A stretch of 64,000 bases of DNA from Chrysomallon squamiferum (GCA_012295275.1 CM022665.1:25730001-25794000); one strand, 5' to 3'; positions 29,501-43,451 are shown, numbered from the stretch's first letter. Made by a program: numbers and translations. The notes: generated by a model from the sequence alone, not told the origin.

Positions 29501-32500
29501 AACAACATAAATAAAGAATAAATGATAACAACAGCTGCTGTAAAATTATTAGTTGATTAAAATAACTATTATTTTAATTTTTTTTTCTTTAAATTTGTTT
29601 TCATGTTTCATTATTTAAAGCTTGTTAAAATAACAATACAGTCTATAGCAGATATTTTAGCATAACCATTTTTTTTTTTACAGGTGCAGCGACAGGGGCA
29701 TTCCTCACTGAGTGCAAAGGATGATGCACTAGAATACATAGAGCAACTGATGATGCAACTTCTAGTTACTCTGTGTCATTCCCAGCCCCACACTGTCCAG
29801 GATGTTGAAGAAGTGGTACAGAAAACTGTCCCAGATCCACTCAATGAGTTGGCAATTAAAGAGGCTAAAGGAGCACTAGAAAAAGGAAAGAAAAACTCTC
29901 ATCTGGTGCTACCTGTTGATAAAGTGCATCTACTGCTAAAAGTAAGAATTTAAAAAAAAATTCACAAAATGTTTATTAATAATCTAAAAATACTCTCCTC
30001 CACCTATTGTGCACAAAAAATAAAAGGAAGAGGAAAAAAAAAAGGAAACCAATAAATACGTTAATTCTTTATTAAAACACAACCAAATTCTTTATTTTTT
30101 TTTAAAAAGCCTGTATAATTATTTTAACTGAATACTAAATAAAGCTTGCAGAAATAATTAAAAGGGTCAGATTCTTGAATAATTTTCTTTAATTTTTGTG
30201 TCTTTAGTTATTATGTTATTTTTAGTAATTTTCTGTTACCCCAATTTTCATTTGTTATGCATTTTCATTATTTTCATTTTGTTCACTGTATTAGTGTAGA
30301 TTCTAATCTCATATTTCAAACTAAAATATTATATTTGTAATTTAAAATACATAAATGAGAATATGAATTCTTAATTTGTTTTTATCTCAGTTCTTTTTGA
30401 AATTTTCTTTTAATTTCTAATGTAATAATTAAATCTGATAAATATAATTTGTGTATACTTACTTTAATGAAGACAGAGTTGCTGGGACATAAAGTGGACT
30501 ATCAGGTGGCACTCTATATAGTGGCTGTTCTTGAATATATTGCTGCAGATATTTTAAAGGTAAAAATTGACATTAATGATTGTAGATGGATTCAGTGAAA
30601 TATAAAGCCATATTAATTATTTATTTTATAATATTCATTAAGAAAAATACTCTATGCTTTCACTGATTTCAAAATGTGTACAAAACGTTAAAATATTGTG
30701 AATCAAGATTCTGTTTTAATTTATGAAAATATCTTACTAGTGTAGACATAATTATTTAAGTTTAACTCTTTCCACTTTTGTAACAAAACTGAATGTTTAA
30801 CTTTTAACCTTTTCAGTTGTTGTTATTAGTGTCTGAGATTTTCCATGAAAATATTTTGTTTTTCAGTTTGCTGGATTCTATGTTAGAAATATGCGCCAGA
30901 CAGAAATAACATCACAGGATATTAAAGTAGCAATATGTGCAGATCAGGTAAAATCAAAAATAAAAGTATACAGACAAAACAAATATAATTTTAATACTAA
31001 ATAAAATTCTTAAAATGATTTTTAGTTGTTAAATGAGAAAATATTTAGGTTTATATATTGAATTTATACTGAGACAGAATACAGTTCATATCACAACAAA
31101 TTTATTTGTTTATATGTTATAAACAACAGGGATCAGTTGACAAATAAAAATATGTTTCTTAAGAATATAGCACATTGCACAATCACTCATTTGAATTTAT
31201 TTAAAATTACTGTCTGTTTTTAACTGAAGTTAGCTTTTGTCAAAGAATTTTATTGCTTCCCTTACAGGTGTTGATGAACATGTTCTTCCAGGAGGAGGAC
31301 AACAACATGTCTCCCATCATAGACTATGAACCAGTTCACAGAGAGTCAACAACTTATGAGGAAATAGTGAAAGACTTTATTGCAGAGGAAACACAGTACA
31401 TGAGAGATCTTAATATGATTATAAAAGTTTTCAGAGCTCCATTTGTTGAACTGTTTCCTAGGAGTAAGGTAATAAATACATGACGGCAGTAAAATGGAGT
31501 TTTCTTTGAGTATGGTGTATATGTAAAGATCAGACTCTCATGGGGCCCATACCACAAAACATCTTGGATGTTTTATTAAGTCTCAGTCTAGGTTAAAAAG
31601 ATGCTTTAATGGCCACCTAACAAGGAATTTAAAAACTAAACTGACACCAGTCTACATAAATCAATAATTCTATCTATCCAGTAGAGAAATAAAACACAAC
31701 ACAATTTAAGGTACAAGTTAATCATTTAATTGTGATACAATTGATAAAGCATATATTCAAATAACTGATTAATGATATTGAGAGCTACAAGTAAGGTCAA
31801 CCAGGGAATCAAGATAAAATAAGAATCTGCACGGTAGGCAGATTAAACAATTAAAAATTTATTTACATAAAATGTTACTGACACAGGTTAATTACACATT
31901 ACACCCTATCAAAATAAGAATAGACAATTGCTTGTCATACTCATCCGTAAAGACAGTGTCATTCAAAAACATTGGTTCCCTGTGACTGAACAGTTTGGCT
32001 CTCATGTTGGCTTTTTCCTTTTCTCTTTAATTACCAAATGCCAGTTGTTATAAAACAACCCCATGGAGTTGAGAAATTGGCAGCAAAAATGAAACATCGG
32101 ATGTCGCAGAAAACTAAATTTGTTATGCAAGCTGAATTCCATGACATAAAAATAAAATAAGCTGACATCGCAGAAAACTAAATTTGTTATGTAATCTGAA
32201 TTCCGTGACATAAAAATGAAACATAAATGTTGCAGAAAACTAAATTTGTGACACAAACATTAAGTTAGTTGTGGCCAAAAGGATTATGATTTAAAGAAAT
32301 AGACTTCCAAGAATAAAACACCATACTGAAGTGTACATTAGCAATGACAGGAAATCTGATTTATGTTAACAGTTTGTTGTTTGTCTACTCTTATGAAATG
32401 TAGCATTTTCATAGTAATTTTTAAGTAAACATCAGTCAAAATCTTTTATTGTTGAGTTGGAACTTTTTAATACTTCACAGATAATAATTTGGACACTGGA

Positions 32501-35500
32501 TCTAAATTACGAAATTCTTTTGAAAATAATAATTGGGATACAGATAAGAATTAATTATGCATACAAATGTACTTTCTCCACAGGTTTCTCTTCTTAAACT
32601 TTTATTTTTTAATTTTAAATGTTTTTAAGTTTATAAATACCTTTTTTTATTATTAATATTTTTTGTTTTCCCCATGTAACTAAGGAACAGGAATATTTTT
32701 CACCTTGTGGTTGTTCATTTGAACTCTGAATATTAATGAACTCGTTGATAAAAAAGATTAGTTATATCTATTCATTTGTATGTAAATTCATTTTGTTTGT
32801 TCAGAAAACTAACCAGTTAGCTTAAACCCATTTGTATGGTGGCATAGGATAACCAGTCGGATGTCATGCAGTGTAATTTTGAGTTACAGCCTGTTAATGC
32901 AGTCCAGTGCATCAGTAGATCAGTTTTGTTTTTCACCATAAATAGTTTTGAAAACATCTCGATTTTCATGTCTATACATGTGTTTTGCTGAAATCAGTCA
33001 ATAAAACATGTTCTTTGTGTTTTTGTGTGACCTGTCAAAATTTGAGTTAACGAAATTATGCTAAAACTGTGCACTTATTTTGCCAAGATTCATCTAAAAT
33101 CTCTGACATCATACAACCATGCATTGCATATCACAGATCTGTAGAATGTGGTTTATCTTATTCCATCAAAACCTGAGTTTTGATCATTTTCACCATGTGA
33201 CTGGTTATCCTATGCCATCACACATTTTATATATCTTAACTAAATTAAATAAACTGGGTAATGACAAACAATTTATTTAATTAATTAATCAATTAATATT
33301 TTACTATTCTTTTTTTTTTGTCAATGTAAATTTGCATATGTTATCATTTTGATGGTTAAAGACAGGTAATCCCTAATAACAATCAATTATATTTTTAACT
33401 GATTTCCCAATACTAATTTATTTTATTTTTTAAATTACATTATCTTTATAAGCTTGTGTACATACATACAATAGCTAGTCATTCACAATGAATTTTATAT
33501 ATGTTTTATATCTAAATTAAAGAAAGAAATTACCTAATATATGGGTAATCTCATATTTGTGTTGTCATAATAGTTAATTTTCTGATGCTCTCTATTCACA
33601 GGATCCTGAGGTGATATTCAGCAATATAATTGATGTGTATGAGTTCACTGCCAAACTTTTAAGCTCTGTTGAAGATCAGATGGAAGTGGCTGATTCCAAA
33701 GGATCAGCAACAGTAGGGACAAGTTTTGAAGATGTAGCAGAGGTATTTGTCCCTTTTGAATGTTTTAATCAGTGACGAATTCCTGGTTTATGTTAATACT
33801 GCATCCAGAATCCCCAAATCCCAAATCTTTTTAGAGCAACTGAAATAGTGATATCTTAACAGTGTACATCAGATTGTTTAGCATACACAACTCTTTATTT
33901 CATGCACAAAATGATTAAAAATATTTTATAAAAGTACCTACAGAGTATCTGCAAACTACAAGCTGTATACAAAATATCAATGGATTTCATATTTAAACTT
34001 TGTCACTGTTCTGAGACTATCATTTGGGACTTCAAAACAGAAACAAAATCAAAAAGATTTCAGATAAGTGATCCTCAATCTGTATCGCTTTTAGATTGTG
34101 ATGAATGAATTTGTTTTAATGCTAACTGCACACATTAAAGATACTGTTGGTTTCTCTTTATTCAGGGAGAAGAATTCAATGTATATGAAAAATATGTTGA
34201 TGACATGTTAGCTCCAAATGGTCGAGAACGATTAAACACATTACTCTTAAGAAGTGATGTTAGTGAATCTTTATTAAAGGTGAGTGCTTACGAGTTACAT
34301 TTGTTAATTTTATACTCATAATTACCTTGTTTAACAGTTGAATATACACTGTTTTTTTAATTTTAACTTTAATCTAGGAGATGTTTCCATTAGTCATTCT
34401 CTGTTAGCACAGACATTTTTTAATCTATAATGATTTATAATGTTCCAGATTTTCAATAATAAAAATGCATTCTATCAACATTAAAAAAAAAAAAAAAATC
34501 ATTTCAGGGTCCTCATTTATTTTAGGTAAAGGGTTAAAACAATCTTGAAAATAAGCCAATATTTATATGCTTTCTTTGTTTTTGTTGTTTTTAACATTAA
34601 ATCAATTTTAATACCACTGTTTCAGTCTGCTGGTCAGGGTTTAAAAGATGCCACTAAGTATGTTCTTCCAAAACTTTTACTGGGACCAGTTTATCACTGC
34701 CTTCATTATTTTGAAGTATTGAAAGTAAGTATCTTAGACTTTGTTAATTTGCAATATTGTGTATATAATGAGGTGTGTGAATGATGAAAAATAAATAATT
34801 CATGTATGGATTCATTCTTCTGCTATCAGTAGGATTCAAATGTATTTGTGTATGTATGTACATTTGCATTTAAATTTTATTGTTGTTGTTTATTTTTTTA
34901 GGCATTGATAGAAAAAAGCCCCACTAGTGAAGATAGAGAAAGTTTAGAACAAGCTAATGGTCTTCTTCAGGCTCTAAAGGCTTCACTGGAGAGAAAGTTC
35001 AGTGGTAGCATTCATAAGAGAAAGCCTTGGTAACTCTTTATTAACTGGTTTCTTATTTTAATTAATGTGATTTATTCTGTAACTTTCAAATAGCAAACAT
35101 TAACAAATGTACTGTGTCACTCTGTTTTTTAATATCATACCTTTCAAATGGTCAAATACAGCTTCTGAAACAGTGGCATTAATGTTGGATAGTTCATTTT
35201 TATCTTATAAAAACATTGTTAACACCAGTATATTTTATATTGTTGATAATATAAAATTTATTGTTTATTGTTAAAATTGAAATAAAAATGTATTCTACAA
35301 ACAGCATAATAGTATCGATTTTTAGGCATGTAAATTATTATTGTTATTATTTATTTATATATTTTTTTTCAATTGTAGGGAAATTTCCTTGCGCTTCACA
35401 AGTCAGATAGGTCGTACAGCAGTGCTGCAGAAAATGACTGAAGTACAGAAGAGCATTGATGGATGGGAGGGCAAGGACATATGGCAGAGCTGCAGTGAAT

Positions 35501-38500
35501 TTATTATGGGTTAGACTCAGATTCATTCATGTTTATCAAAGACTGGCATGTGCTTTCCTGTAAAATGGGAGACCTATATAAAAATTCCCTTACTGTTAAT
35601 TGATAATTATCTATAGAGTATTGAAATTGTGTTATATTGTTATTATGCAGAAATTTTATATTGGTATCTAATAACCTTTAATTTTAAAATTTGCAAACAA
35701 TTATTTTATATATAATTTGTAATAGAATTGTTTTTGCTTTATTTTCTCAATTACAGATTGTGACAAGAAGTAAAAAATGTATTTCTTTTTAATTTGCAAC
35801 AGTCTACAAGATGTTCAGGGGCCTTTCAGTTCATTTCAATTTAACGTGTTTAATATATTTTGTCCAAAGCTTATTAAAAAATATAGCAGAAGTGGTTAAA
35901 CATTACATCATGGTGTAAATAATAATAATTAAAGAAAAAGTAATAGTTTATAGATTTTGGAAAATTCTTTTCATAATGCATTCTGTTCTTATTTATTAGA
36001 AATTTTAAACATTATTTAAAATACAGACATTACAACGTCTGTTACACAAATTTACTGCTTTGAACCCTAACAGTGACACTAAACATTTTAGTAGAAAAAG
36101 GCTTCATGATTTCAGTTGTTATTTCTGTTTGAATCATAAATGTTGACATCACTTTCTGAAATAAGTGTAAACGTAAGAAAACAATCCTGCTATCATCTCT
36201 GGGAATGTAGTCAATGTGTACAATGTATTTTGCATTTCCTGAAATATCATCTGAAACTGAAATAGTCTTTCGGGTAACTTTGACTAAATTTGATCTATAC
36301 TGTATTGTCAAACCATGGGAATAAAATATTATTTCATTTCAGAGGGTAAACTGCATAAGTTTACTGGACGACATCAGTCTGAACGCCATGTTTTCCTTTT
36401 CGATGGTTTGATAATATTATGCAAGCAGAATGCACGACGTTCTTCAGTAACAGGACCTTTAGGAGAATACAAACTAAAAGAAAAGTATTTTGTGAGAAAA
36501 ATAAAAATTATAGACAAAGAAGACACTAATGGTAAGGAAATAAAAATTTAATATACAAATGAAACAAAAAGTCTAGAGTAATACAGTTCACAGAGGAAAT
36601 GTTTTAATTCTGTTCCTTTGACAAATATTGTGTAATGTTTAGAATTGCTACCTCAGATATGATTGATAAAAATGAATAAAAATATCTTCTTTTTTTCTTC
36701 TGTTAATTTCTGCACCAGAATTAGGTGGGGTTTTTTTTGTTTGTTTTTTTATGTTTTTCTTTTTAAATTAAGAATTTTAACTGAACCTTTGAATGCAGAC
36801 AGATATGTTGACACTGTATATTCTTTATTATTTTTTGTTTCACCCAAAATGCTTTACATTTCAGAAATCAAACATGCATTTGATATTCAGTTACGGGAGC
36901 ATCCAGGAACTGGCTTGGTGTTGGTGGCTAAGAGCAGTGAAGAAAAGGGTAACTGGATGGCAGCCCTCATTTCCCTTCAGACTCGAAGTAATTTAGAACG
37001 TATTCTTGATGGTATTATTCGAGAAGAAGACAAGAAACATCCTCTTAGGTTACCTCCACCAGATAAGTATAGGTAATGGAATATTTTATTTCTCTAACTG
37101 TCTGTCTTGCAAGAACATATGTAAAAAGATAATTTGATATTAAAATTACTGTCATCAGTAAATTTAATGCTTTAGACTTCCCCATGAAATTGTACCTGAA
37201 GAAATGGCTTCATTGTTTTAAGTTTTGGAGTTGTTGTTTTTTTCTTCTCTTTTTTTTTTTTCATCATTCTGTAGAATTTTACCAGTAAAGGTTGGTTTAC
37301 ATTTTTGTGCAATAAAACTTATAAATATTTCTTTTAATTACACTTGTTTTTCTTTTAAAAAAAAAAAAAAAAAAAAATAAACCTTTTGTTTTCCTTTCCA
37401 GATTTGCAGTTGAGGACTCTGATGACAATATAGTTTTTGAAGAGAATCAGGATCCCACAGTAGAAAGTCCTGTGATCAAGGGAGGTTTGCTGCATAAACT
37501 GATTGAACGACTCACCTATCATATGTATGCTGACCCCAAGTTTGTCCACACATTCCTCACCACCTATCGGTCTATATGCAGTCCTCACGAACTTCTCGAC
37601 CTACTCATAGAAAGGTAATCATTTATGAAAAACTGCCTTTTAATATTTTACATATTCATGATATTGGTTGTGATCTATGCTTGTTTAATTAAAAATATAA
37701 TGGATTGTTTTATGACTTGGATAGGATGTCTACTGATATTGTTTCGTGGTGTTGGAAAACTGGGGAAGTTTGAATTAGGAATATTTAATTCCCCAAACCA
37801 AAATTGGTGCAGTTCTGTTTAAATTTATAACTAGCATAGGGTGTCAGTTAATATTATTTTGCTCTATTGTTAACACATTTTATTTTCTTTGAAATACTAT
37901 ATCATTGCTATAGCGTAAAGTCTTGAATTTTCTAGAAATGCTGATTTTAAAGTTGCTTTATTTATTTTCATTTTGCTTTGGATGCTCTCTAACATAAACA
38001 TAGTTTTTAACCTGTTATTATTATCCAGCTCAAATGTTTGTACACTCTGTGTTTTCAGGTTCAATATTCCAGACCCTTGCAATGATGACATTATATCAGA
38101 CGATGGGATTCAAGATAACTTAAGGATTCAAGAAGATCTACGACGGTTTCGCATAGAGTATGTCAGACCTGTACAGTTCAGGTAATAGATTCTTGGTTCA
38201 TTTGTTGTTTTCAAATTTCTCTATGGTGTAATCCATACAAAAAAACATAAAAAAACCAACTTGAAATAAGATGTTTTTAAATTTTTATAATAATATTTTG
38301 TTCATCATACTTAACTGGAATGTTAAAATAATGTTGTAATAAGCTACTTTTAGAAACATTTACAACTTAAAATACTCTATTGCCTTTTTTTTTTTTCATA
38401 TATGAAAAATATTTTTTAGTAATTATTTTTACAGAGTGTTTAATGTCCTTCGCCAGTGGTTTGACCATCATTTCTATGACTTTGACCGAGACAAGAGCTT

Positions 38501-41500
38501 GCTGGATAAGCTCATAGACTTTTTAAAAAGTGTCAAGGGAAAAGCTATGAGAAAGATGGCAGAGTCCATAATTACTGTCATCCACAGAAGGGTTTGTTTC
38601 TTTCTTTTTGTATTTGTTTGAAGATTTTTACATTGACAGAATGACATTTTTTTTTAATCTTGAATGTTGTTTTCTCTTACCTTGTTTATTTATGCATAAT
38701 ATTCTTTATAAAAGATTAAAAAAGAAGAACACAAGTTTCTTCTTAAAACCATTAGGAAGTTTATTGAAAAAAGTGTGAAGACTGTGTTTTTTACTTATTA
38801 TTTAATGCTATTTTCAGAAAAGAAATTATTGTATATTTTAATAATTTTCCATATTTCATTGTTTAATGTAATAAATTGTAAGTTTTAGAAGACAAATTAC
38901 ACCATATTTTAATTCAACTTTAATAATTTTTATGCATATGCATCAGTTAGCACATTTCCCTAAATGGTAGGTTTGGATCCTAGTTTGTAATTTCATATTC
39001 AATTTAAATAAAAATGTAACCATTTTAGTTTCTAATCAGTGTTTAATACACAAAGATTTTATATGATTTTCTCTAATTTTCAGTGTGAGTCTGCTGGGAC
39101 TGAAAGAGAATTTACATATCAGAAACAACCGCCTGCAATAGAGTGGCACATCGCAAAGAAGATAGAAGACTATGATCTGATGACTGTAAGTACATACTTA
39201 CACAGTCAAATTAGAGTGTAAGGTTTTTGACAGATATTTATCAATTAAGTTCAAATTACTATATAATTAATAGGAAAATAATTTTTGCTTATAATTATGA
39301 TCAGTGGTTGAAATATATTGTGTGTTTTTTTGAAGCCTGTAATTATACATTTGAGACTATGTGATGTATGTAATAGTAATAGGTATAAAATTGTTTCTTT
39401 AAGGTGCATAATTTTGGAGAATAGTGAGAAACAATTTTGTAATAATTTATATTGCTTCATTATCTTTTATGAACATGACTGCTTTCTTGTTTCCTGGAAT
39501 TTCAAAATATTGTTTAAATATAAAATAATAAAATTAGTCGTAAATGATATCAGCACTTTTATCTTTTTAACTTGTAATGATGTCTTTGTATTATGTATAT
39601 CTTTGAATGAAAATGTTTGTAATATGTTCTTTGCTGAATGACACTAAGAGCAGAATTACATCTGATGAATGTTTGAATGCGATGTAACAAATAAAACGAT
39701 AATGAAAATCACAGATTTTACGAGAAAAAAATAAAACGATTTTGGAAAACCATTCATGCCCAGTCTCCACAACAGATTTAAACATGAAGGAAAAAAGACA
39801 GCCATGTTCTCTGTGCATGCAGTAAGTGTGTTGATTTTATTTCTTCAGCTTCATCCAATCGAAATAGCTCGTCAAGTGACTCTGATCGAGTTTGAACTGT
39901 ATCGTGCTGTTCAGCCGTCAGAACTAGTCGAGGGGGCCTGGGTGAAGAAAAACAAAGGGACAGAAGCTCTCAATCTCCTCAAAATGATTCGCTTCTCCAC
40001 TATGGTTTGTGTTCAGATTTCAATTGTGTTTTACAGTCATTTTGTTTGGTGTTTTGTTTTCATTGTAAAGTTTTATTTTTCAGACATGTTTCTAAATACT
40101 TGGGGATGGTTTAATACCTGTAAAAATTATTATAGTATTCTTACACACACTTTGTAATTTCCAGTAGTTTCTTTCATCTTCTTTTTCTTCTTTTTTTTGT
40201 TTTTGTTTTTAGATTTATTGCTTTGTACTTGAGATGTTTGCATATTATTAACCATTTCAGTTTGTGAAGTGAGACTTTTATATAAAAAATTAATTGTACA
40301 CTCTCTTTTTATAGGTGGTTTTAATACTTTTCATTATCGTTTAATTAGTGCATTTGATTTTGTACAATTCAAATTGTACTAAATGAATAATTAAAATATT
40401 CAAAGCATTTACTTAGGTGTAAATAAATCATTACTTCATACTGCCAAAAAAAAAACCCCCAGTTTATTTTAATTTTATACTTAAGCATGAAACTGGATTA
40501 TTATTGAACTTTGAAATGTAATATATATTGACAAACAAAACAAATAAATTATTTCAATTTTCACAGTTTACATTTTGGATGGAAAAATGTATTGTGGAAA
40601 CAGAAAATCTTGAGGAAAGAGCTGCAGTAGTTTCCCGGATCCTGGAAATCATGTTAGTCTTCCAAGAACTGAACAATTTCAATGGAATGTTGGAAGTGGT
40701 CGGTGCAATTAATTCTGCTTCTGTTCACAGGCTTGAGCATACATACAAAGTAAGTGTTTTTAATTGAAAATCTGTTCAGTCTTTCAGTAAATAAATCATC
40801 TATAATACCCTTTCATCCCGTGATGGTTTAAATACATCAACATTTGGTTAAATCCGGGAATCTTTTGTTATTTACGTTGACAACTTATTGGATACTTTAA
40901 TGTTAGCCTTCACTGATGACAAAATATATCTTTTTCAGGAGGTTAATCACAAATTGCTGAAAGCCCTCGATGATGCAAAGGAGCTCAACTCGGACCACTT
41001 TAGAAGATATCAAGAAAAACTCCGCTCAATCAACCCACCCTGTGTGCCATTTCTTGGTGAGAGAAAATATATACTCTAATATTACTTCAGTTTTGATAAA
41101 GGCTGTTTTTATCCAATTTTTATATCTGTGTGTTTTGTCAGTGTTACAGCATTCATTCTGTATTTCTTTATAATCAAATATTTATGCTTAATCTTATTCC
41201 ATAACTATTGAGTCACACACACACACACACACACACAGTTGTAGATTGTGGGTTTTTTTATAATTATTTTATCTAAAATTAACATTTGTGAAATAAAGTA
41301 TCCCTCTGTTTGAATAACTTACTTATAAATAACATTTGTCACATTTTTCTTTAATAATATGTAAATATTTTTGCTAAATCTACATCATATATATATATCA
41401 CTGATGAATTGTTTGTTTGTTCATATACCGACTCTAACATATGTAACATCATAAAGACATAAATTAAAAAACCTGGTTTCGAATGGGGGTATAACTGGAT

Positions 41501-43372
41501 AGACAGATAGTTCTGACAGTTGCTGCATGAGATTTGATAAAAAAAAATTATTTATTCATCTAGGTATGTATCTGACCAACATTCTGTTGACTGATGAAGG
41601 AAATCCAAACTTTCTGCCAAACAGACCTCCTGGTCTAATCAACTTCAGCAAGAGACGTAAAGTTGCTGAAATAATAGCTGAAATTCAGCAGTATCAGAAC
41701 CAACCGTATTGTCTGACCGTTGAACCCACTATCAAGGTATAAAAAATAATAATATGAAAGAAATTAGTTTTAACTATATACAACAGTAAAAATTATCCAT
41801 GCATTATTTGATGTTAATTAAACACAGGCCCACTGAACTGAACCAACACATTAAGGTTTAATAAATATTTTTCTGACTTTACTAGTGAGATGGTCGTTTA
41901 TTTGTTCCACTGATTTTGACAGTTAAAATTATAACATGGGTATTACATCATGCTAAACCTTTAAAAAGTTGAATAGTAAAATGATTTTTCATCATGTCCA
42001 GCTTGTGTTCAGTTATGTCAGTGATAATTTAATTGTATGTTTCAGGAATTTTTTGAAAATTTAAACCCACTTGACAATATGTCTGAGAAGGAATTCAATG
42101 ACTACATTTATAACAAGTCACTGGAAATAGAACCCAGAAATGCCAAACAGCTACCCAAATTTGTAAGTATTTTATTCTTGTATATCATACTCAAAGACTC
42201 TATTTTTATTCTCTGAAATTAAATTCAAAATTGTATTTTTAGTCTCAAATGATAAATAAAATAAACCAGTAACTTTATAAAGTATTTGAAACCATACTTA
42301 TAATAAGCACATATGGACTGATGATTATATTAAAACAAATTTTAATAAGTGTGTCTTTGGACACTAAATTATATTAAATGTCACTTGTAATAATAAAGGC
42401 AGTGATGTTCAGTTTTTATTTCCTTTTTTCAGCCAAAGAAATTTGAATATTCTTTGAAGTCTCCAGGTATAAAACCAATGGCCAATCGTCACAGTGCTTC
42501 ATCTCGAAGTCATCCTTTAGCATTTGGATTCACTAAAAGCCCTGATGATGATGACACAGTATCACAGCGTGCAGCAACATCACCCTCAACACCATGCAGT
42601 CCTTTGACACCTCCTCACTCATCAACTGGTAGAAGTAACAATGTTTTTCAACCAGGCAAGTTTTGTTTTACATTCCACCATAAGTAACTTAGATAGTGAG
42701 TAGCAGACTGTTTTTAAATATGGTATTATCAAATTATTGTTGGTTGCATACATATTTTTTTTTAAATTATGCATTTTGTTCATGGTTAATATTAAAAGAC
42801 ACTTTTTAATGAAAATGATTTGTATTATTAATGGATATTGCAAACGATATTAAGTCATTCAATTTTTTGTATTCATTACAGATTCAGCCCAGTTTCAAAG
42901 GCTAAGCCTGAGCAGTGCAAATTTATCAAGTAGCATTCCCTCCAGCACACCAGAAAAACTAGAGGAGTGCAAGTTAAAGCCTCCACCCTTGCCTCCAAGA
43001 CAAAGACATCGGGACTCTGTTAACGAGCTTTCAGGTGTTTTCAGACCACCGTCTGTTCCAGATCCCCCTCCTCCACCTCCTCCTCCTCGCTTTAATGGAG
43101 ATAGGCCTCCCCCTGTCCCTCCACGAAGAGATTCAGTTCGCGACATGGGACACTGCAATACATTACCACGTTCACAAAGTGTCTCCCACCCCAGGCAGCC
43201 TGCTCATTTATTAAATAGTGCTACATTGCCACGACACCACTCAGAACGACACAGCTCAGAGAGGACCTTTCAGAGCACATCAATGATGGATCTTAACGGC
43301 GATGAAACTTATACACCTGAACTGCCACCTAGGACTTACAAATATTCATATTCAGATAAGCACAGCAGCTAG
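26553..43372 (+). CDS. SOS: Son of sevenless Ras/Rac GEF (histone fold, DH, PH, REM, CDC25, Pro-rich tail), ~1262 aa. Exons 26553-26648, 29684-29941, 30473-30559, 30867-30947, 31268-31468, 33602-33742, 34166-34279, 34626-34724, 34902-35029, 35379-35509, 36343-36531, 36865-37072, 37402-37614, 38059-38181, 38435-38591, 39084-39185, 39849-40004, 40567-40749, 40939-41056, 41564-41736, 42046-42162, 42433-42655, 42882-43372
   Basis: Motifs [134 protein letters not shown], and Grb2-type PPPLPPR / PPPVPPRR. Phases are consistent over 3789 nt; TAG at 43370-43372. Confidence 0.97.
28360..29240 (+). mobile_element. Decayed pogo/Tigger (CENP-B-like) transposase relic in SOS intron 1, interrupted by a MITE
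   Basis: Fragments with stops and frameshifts: MSVG*KRQI|[25 protein letters not shown] (N-terminal HTH-like), [45 protein letters not shown] (cf. pogo IYNADETGLF), [20 protein letters not shown] (cf. ITVLLCANATG). Boundaries are approximate. Confidence 0.85.
28414..28692 (+). mobile_element. Tigger4/MER46(Zombi)-like MITE, complete, TA-flanked
   Basis: TA|CAGGTTGAGAATCTTTTATCTGAAA ... TTTTGGATAAGGGATTCTCAACCTA|TA (inverted termini, TA target duplication). Internal AAGTCTAAACACAAATTCCATTTAT..TTTCATATGCAGCTTATACA..AATTTTGTGCATAAAATAAAGTTTGTGTA. The family name comes from my recollection of the mammalian consensus, not from a search. Confidence 0.8.
32087..32250. repeat. Minisatellite, ~62-64 bp unit x ~2.5, in SOS intron 5
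   Basis: GCAGAAAACTAAATTTGT at 32106, 32170 and 32232, with shared CTGAATTCC(A/G)TGACATAAAAAT spacers. Confidence 0.9.
32834..33223. mobile_element. MITE with ~25-bp terminal inverted repeats and ATTT flanks
   Basis: GTATGGTGGCATAGGATAACCAGTC (32834-32858) versus GACTGGTTATCCTATGCCATCACAC (33199-33223). ATTT lies on both sides (32830-32833, 33224-33227). Confidence 0.85.
33800..34082 (-). mobile_element. Second, more diverged copy of the Tigger4-like MITE, inverted, in SOS intron 6
   Basis: Ends ...ATTTCAGATAAGTGATCCTCAATCTG|TA. Contains TTTATTTCATGCACAAAATGATTAAAAATATTTTATAAAAGTACCTACAG and AAGCTGTATACAAAATATCAATGGATTTCATATTTAAACTT, the reverse complement of the interior of the 28414-28692 copy. 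The left boundary is unclear. Confidence 0.75.
42656..42881 (+). other. GC-AG intron (last SOS intron)
   Basis: CAG|GCAAGT donor, otherwise a full consensus match, joins in phase 1 to acceptor TTACAG|AT and keeps the frame into the proline-rich last exon. Confidence 0.75.
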
Positions 43373-43420
43373 GACTGTTTTATGGTAACACTCACTACAA
43401 ATGACGAAACAACCTGCCCC

Positions 43421-43451
<31 letters not shown>

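Noticed and set aside
32087-32250. Repeat-spacer-like pattern (also 18020-18220) resembling a CRISPR array
   Set aside because: Spacers are similar to each other, there are only about three units, the context is a eukaryotic intron or UTR, and there are no cas genes; these are minisatellites.
42895-43158. 87-aa Gly-rich minus-strand ORF
   Set aside because: It is the antisense shadow of the proline-rich last SOS exon.
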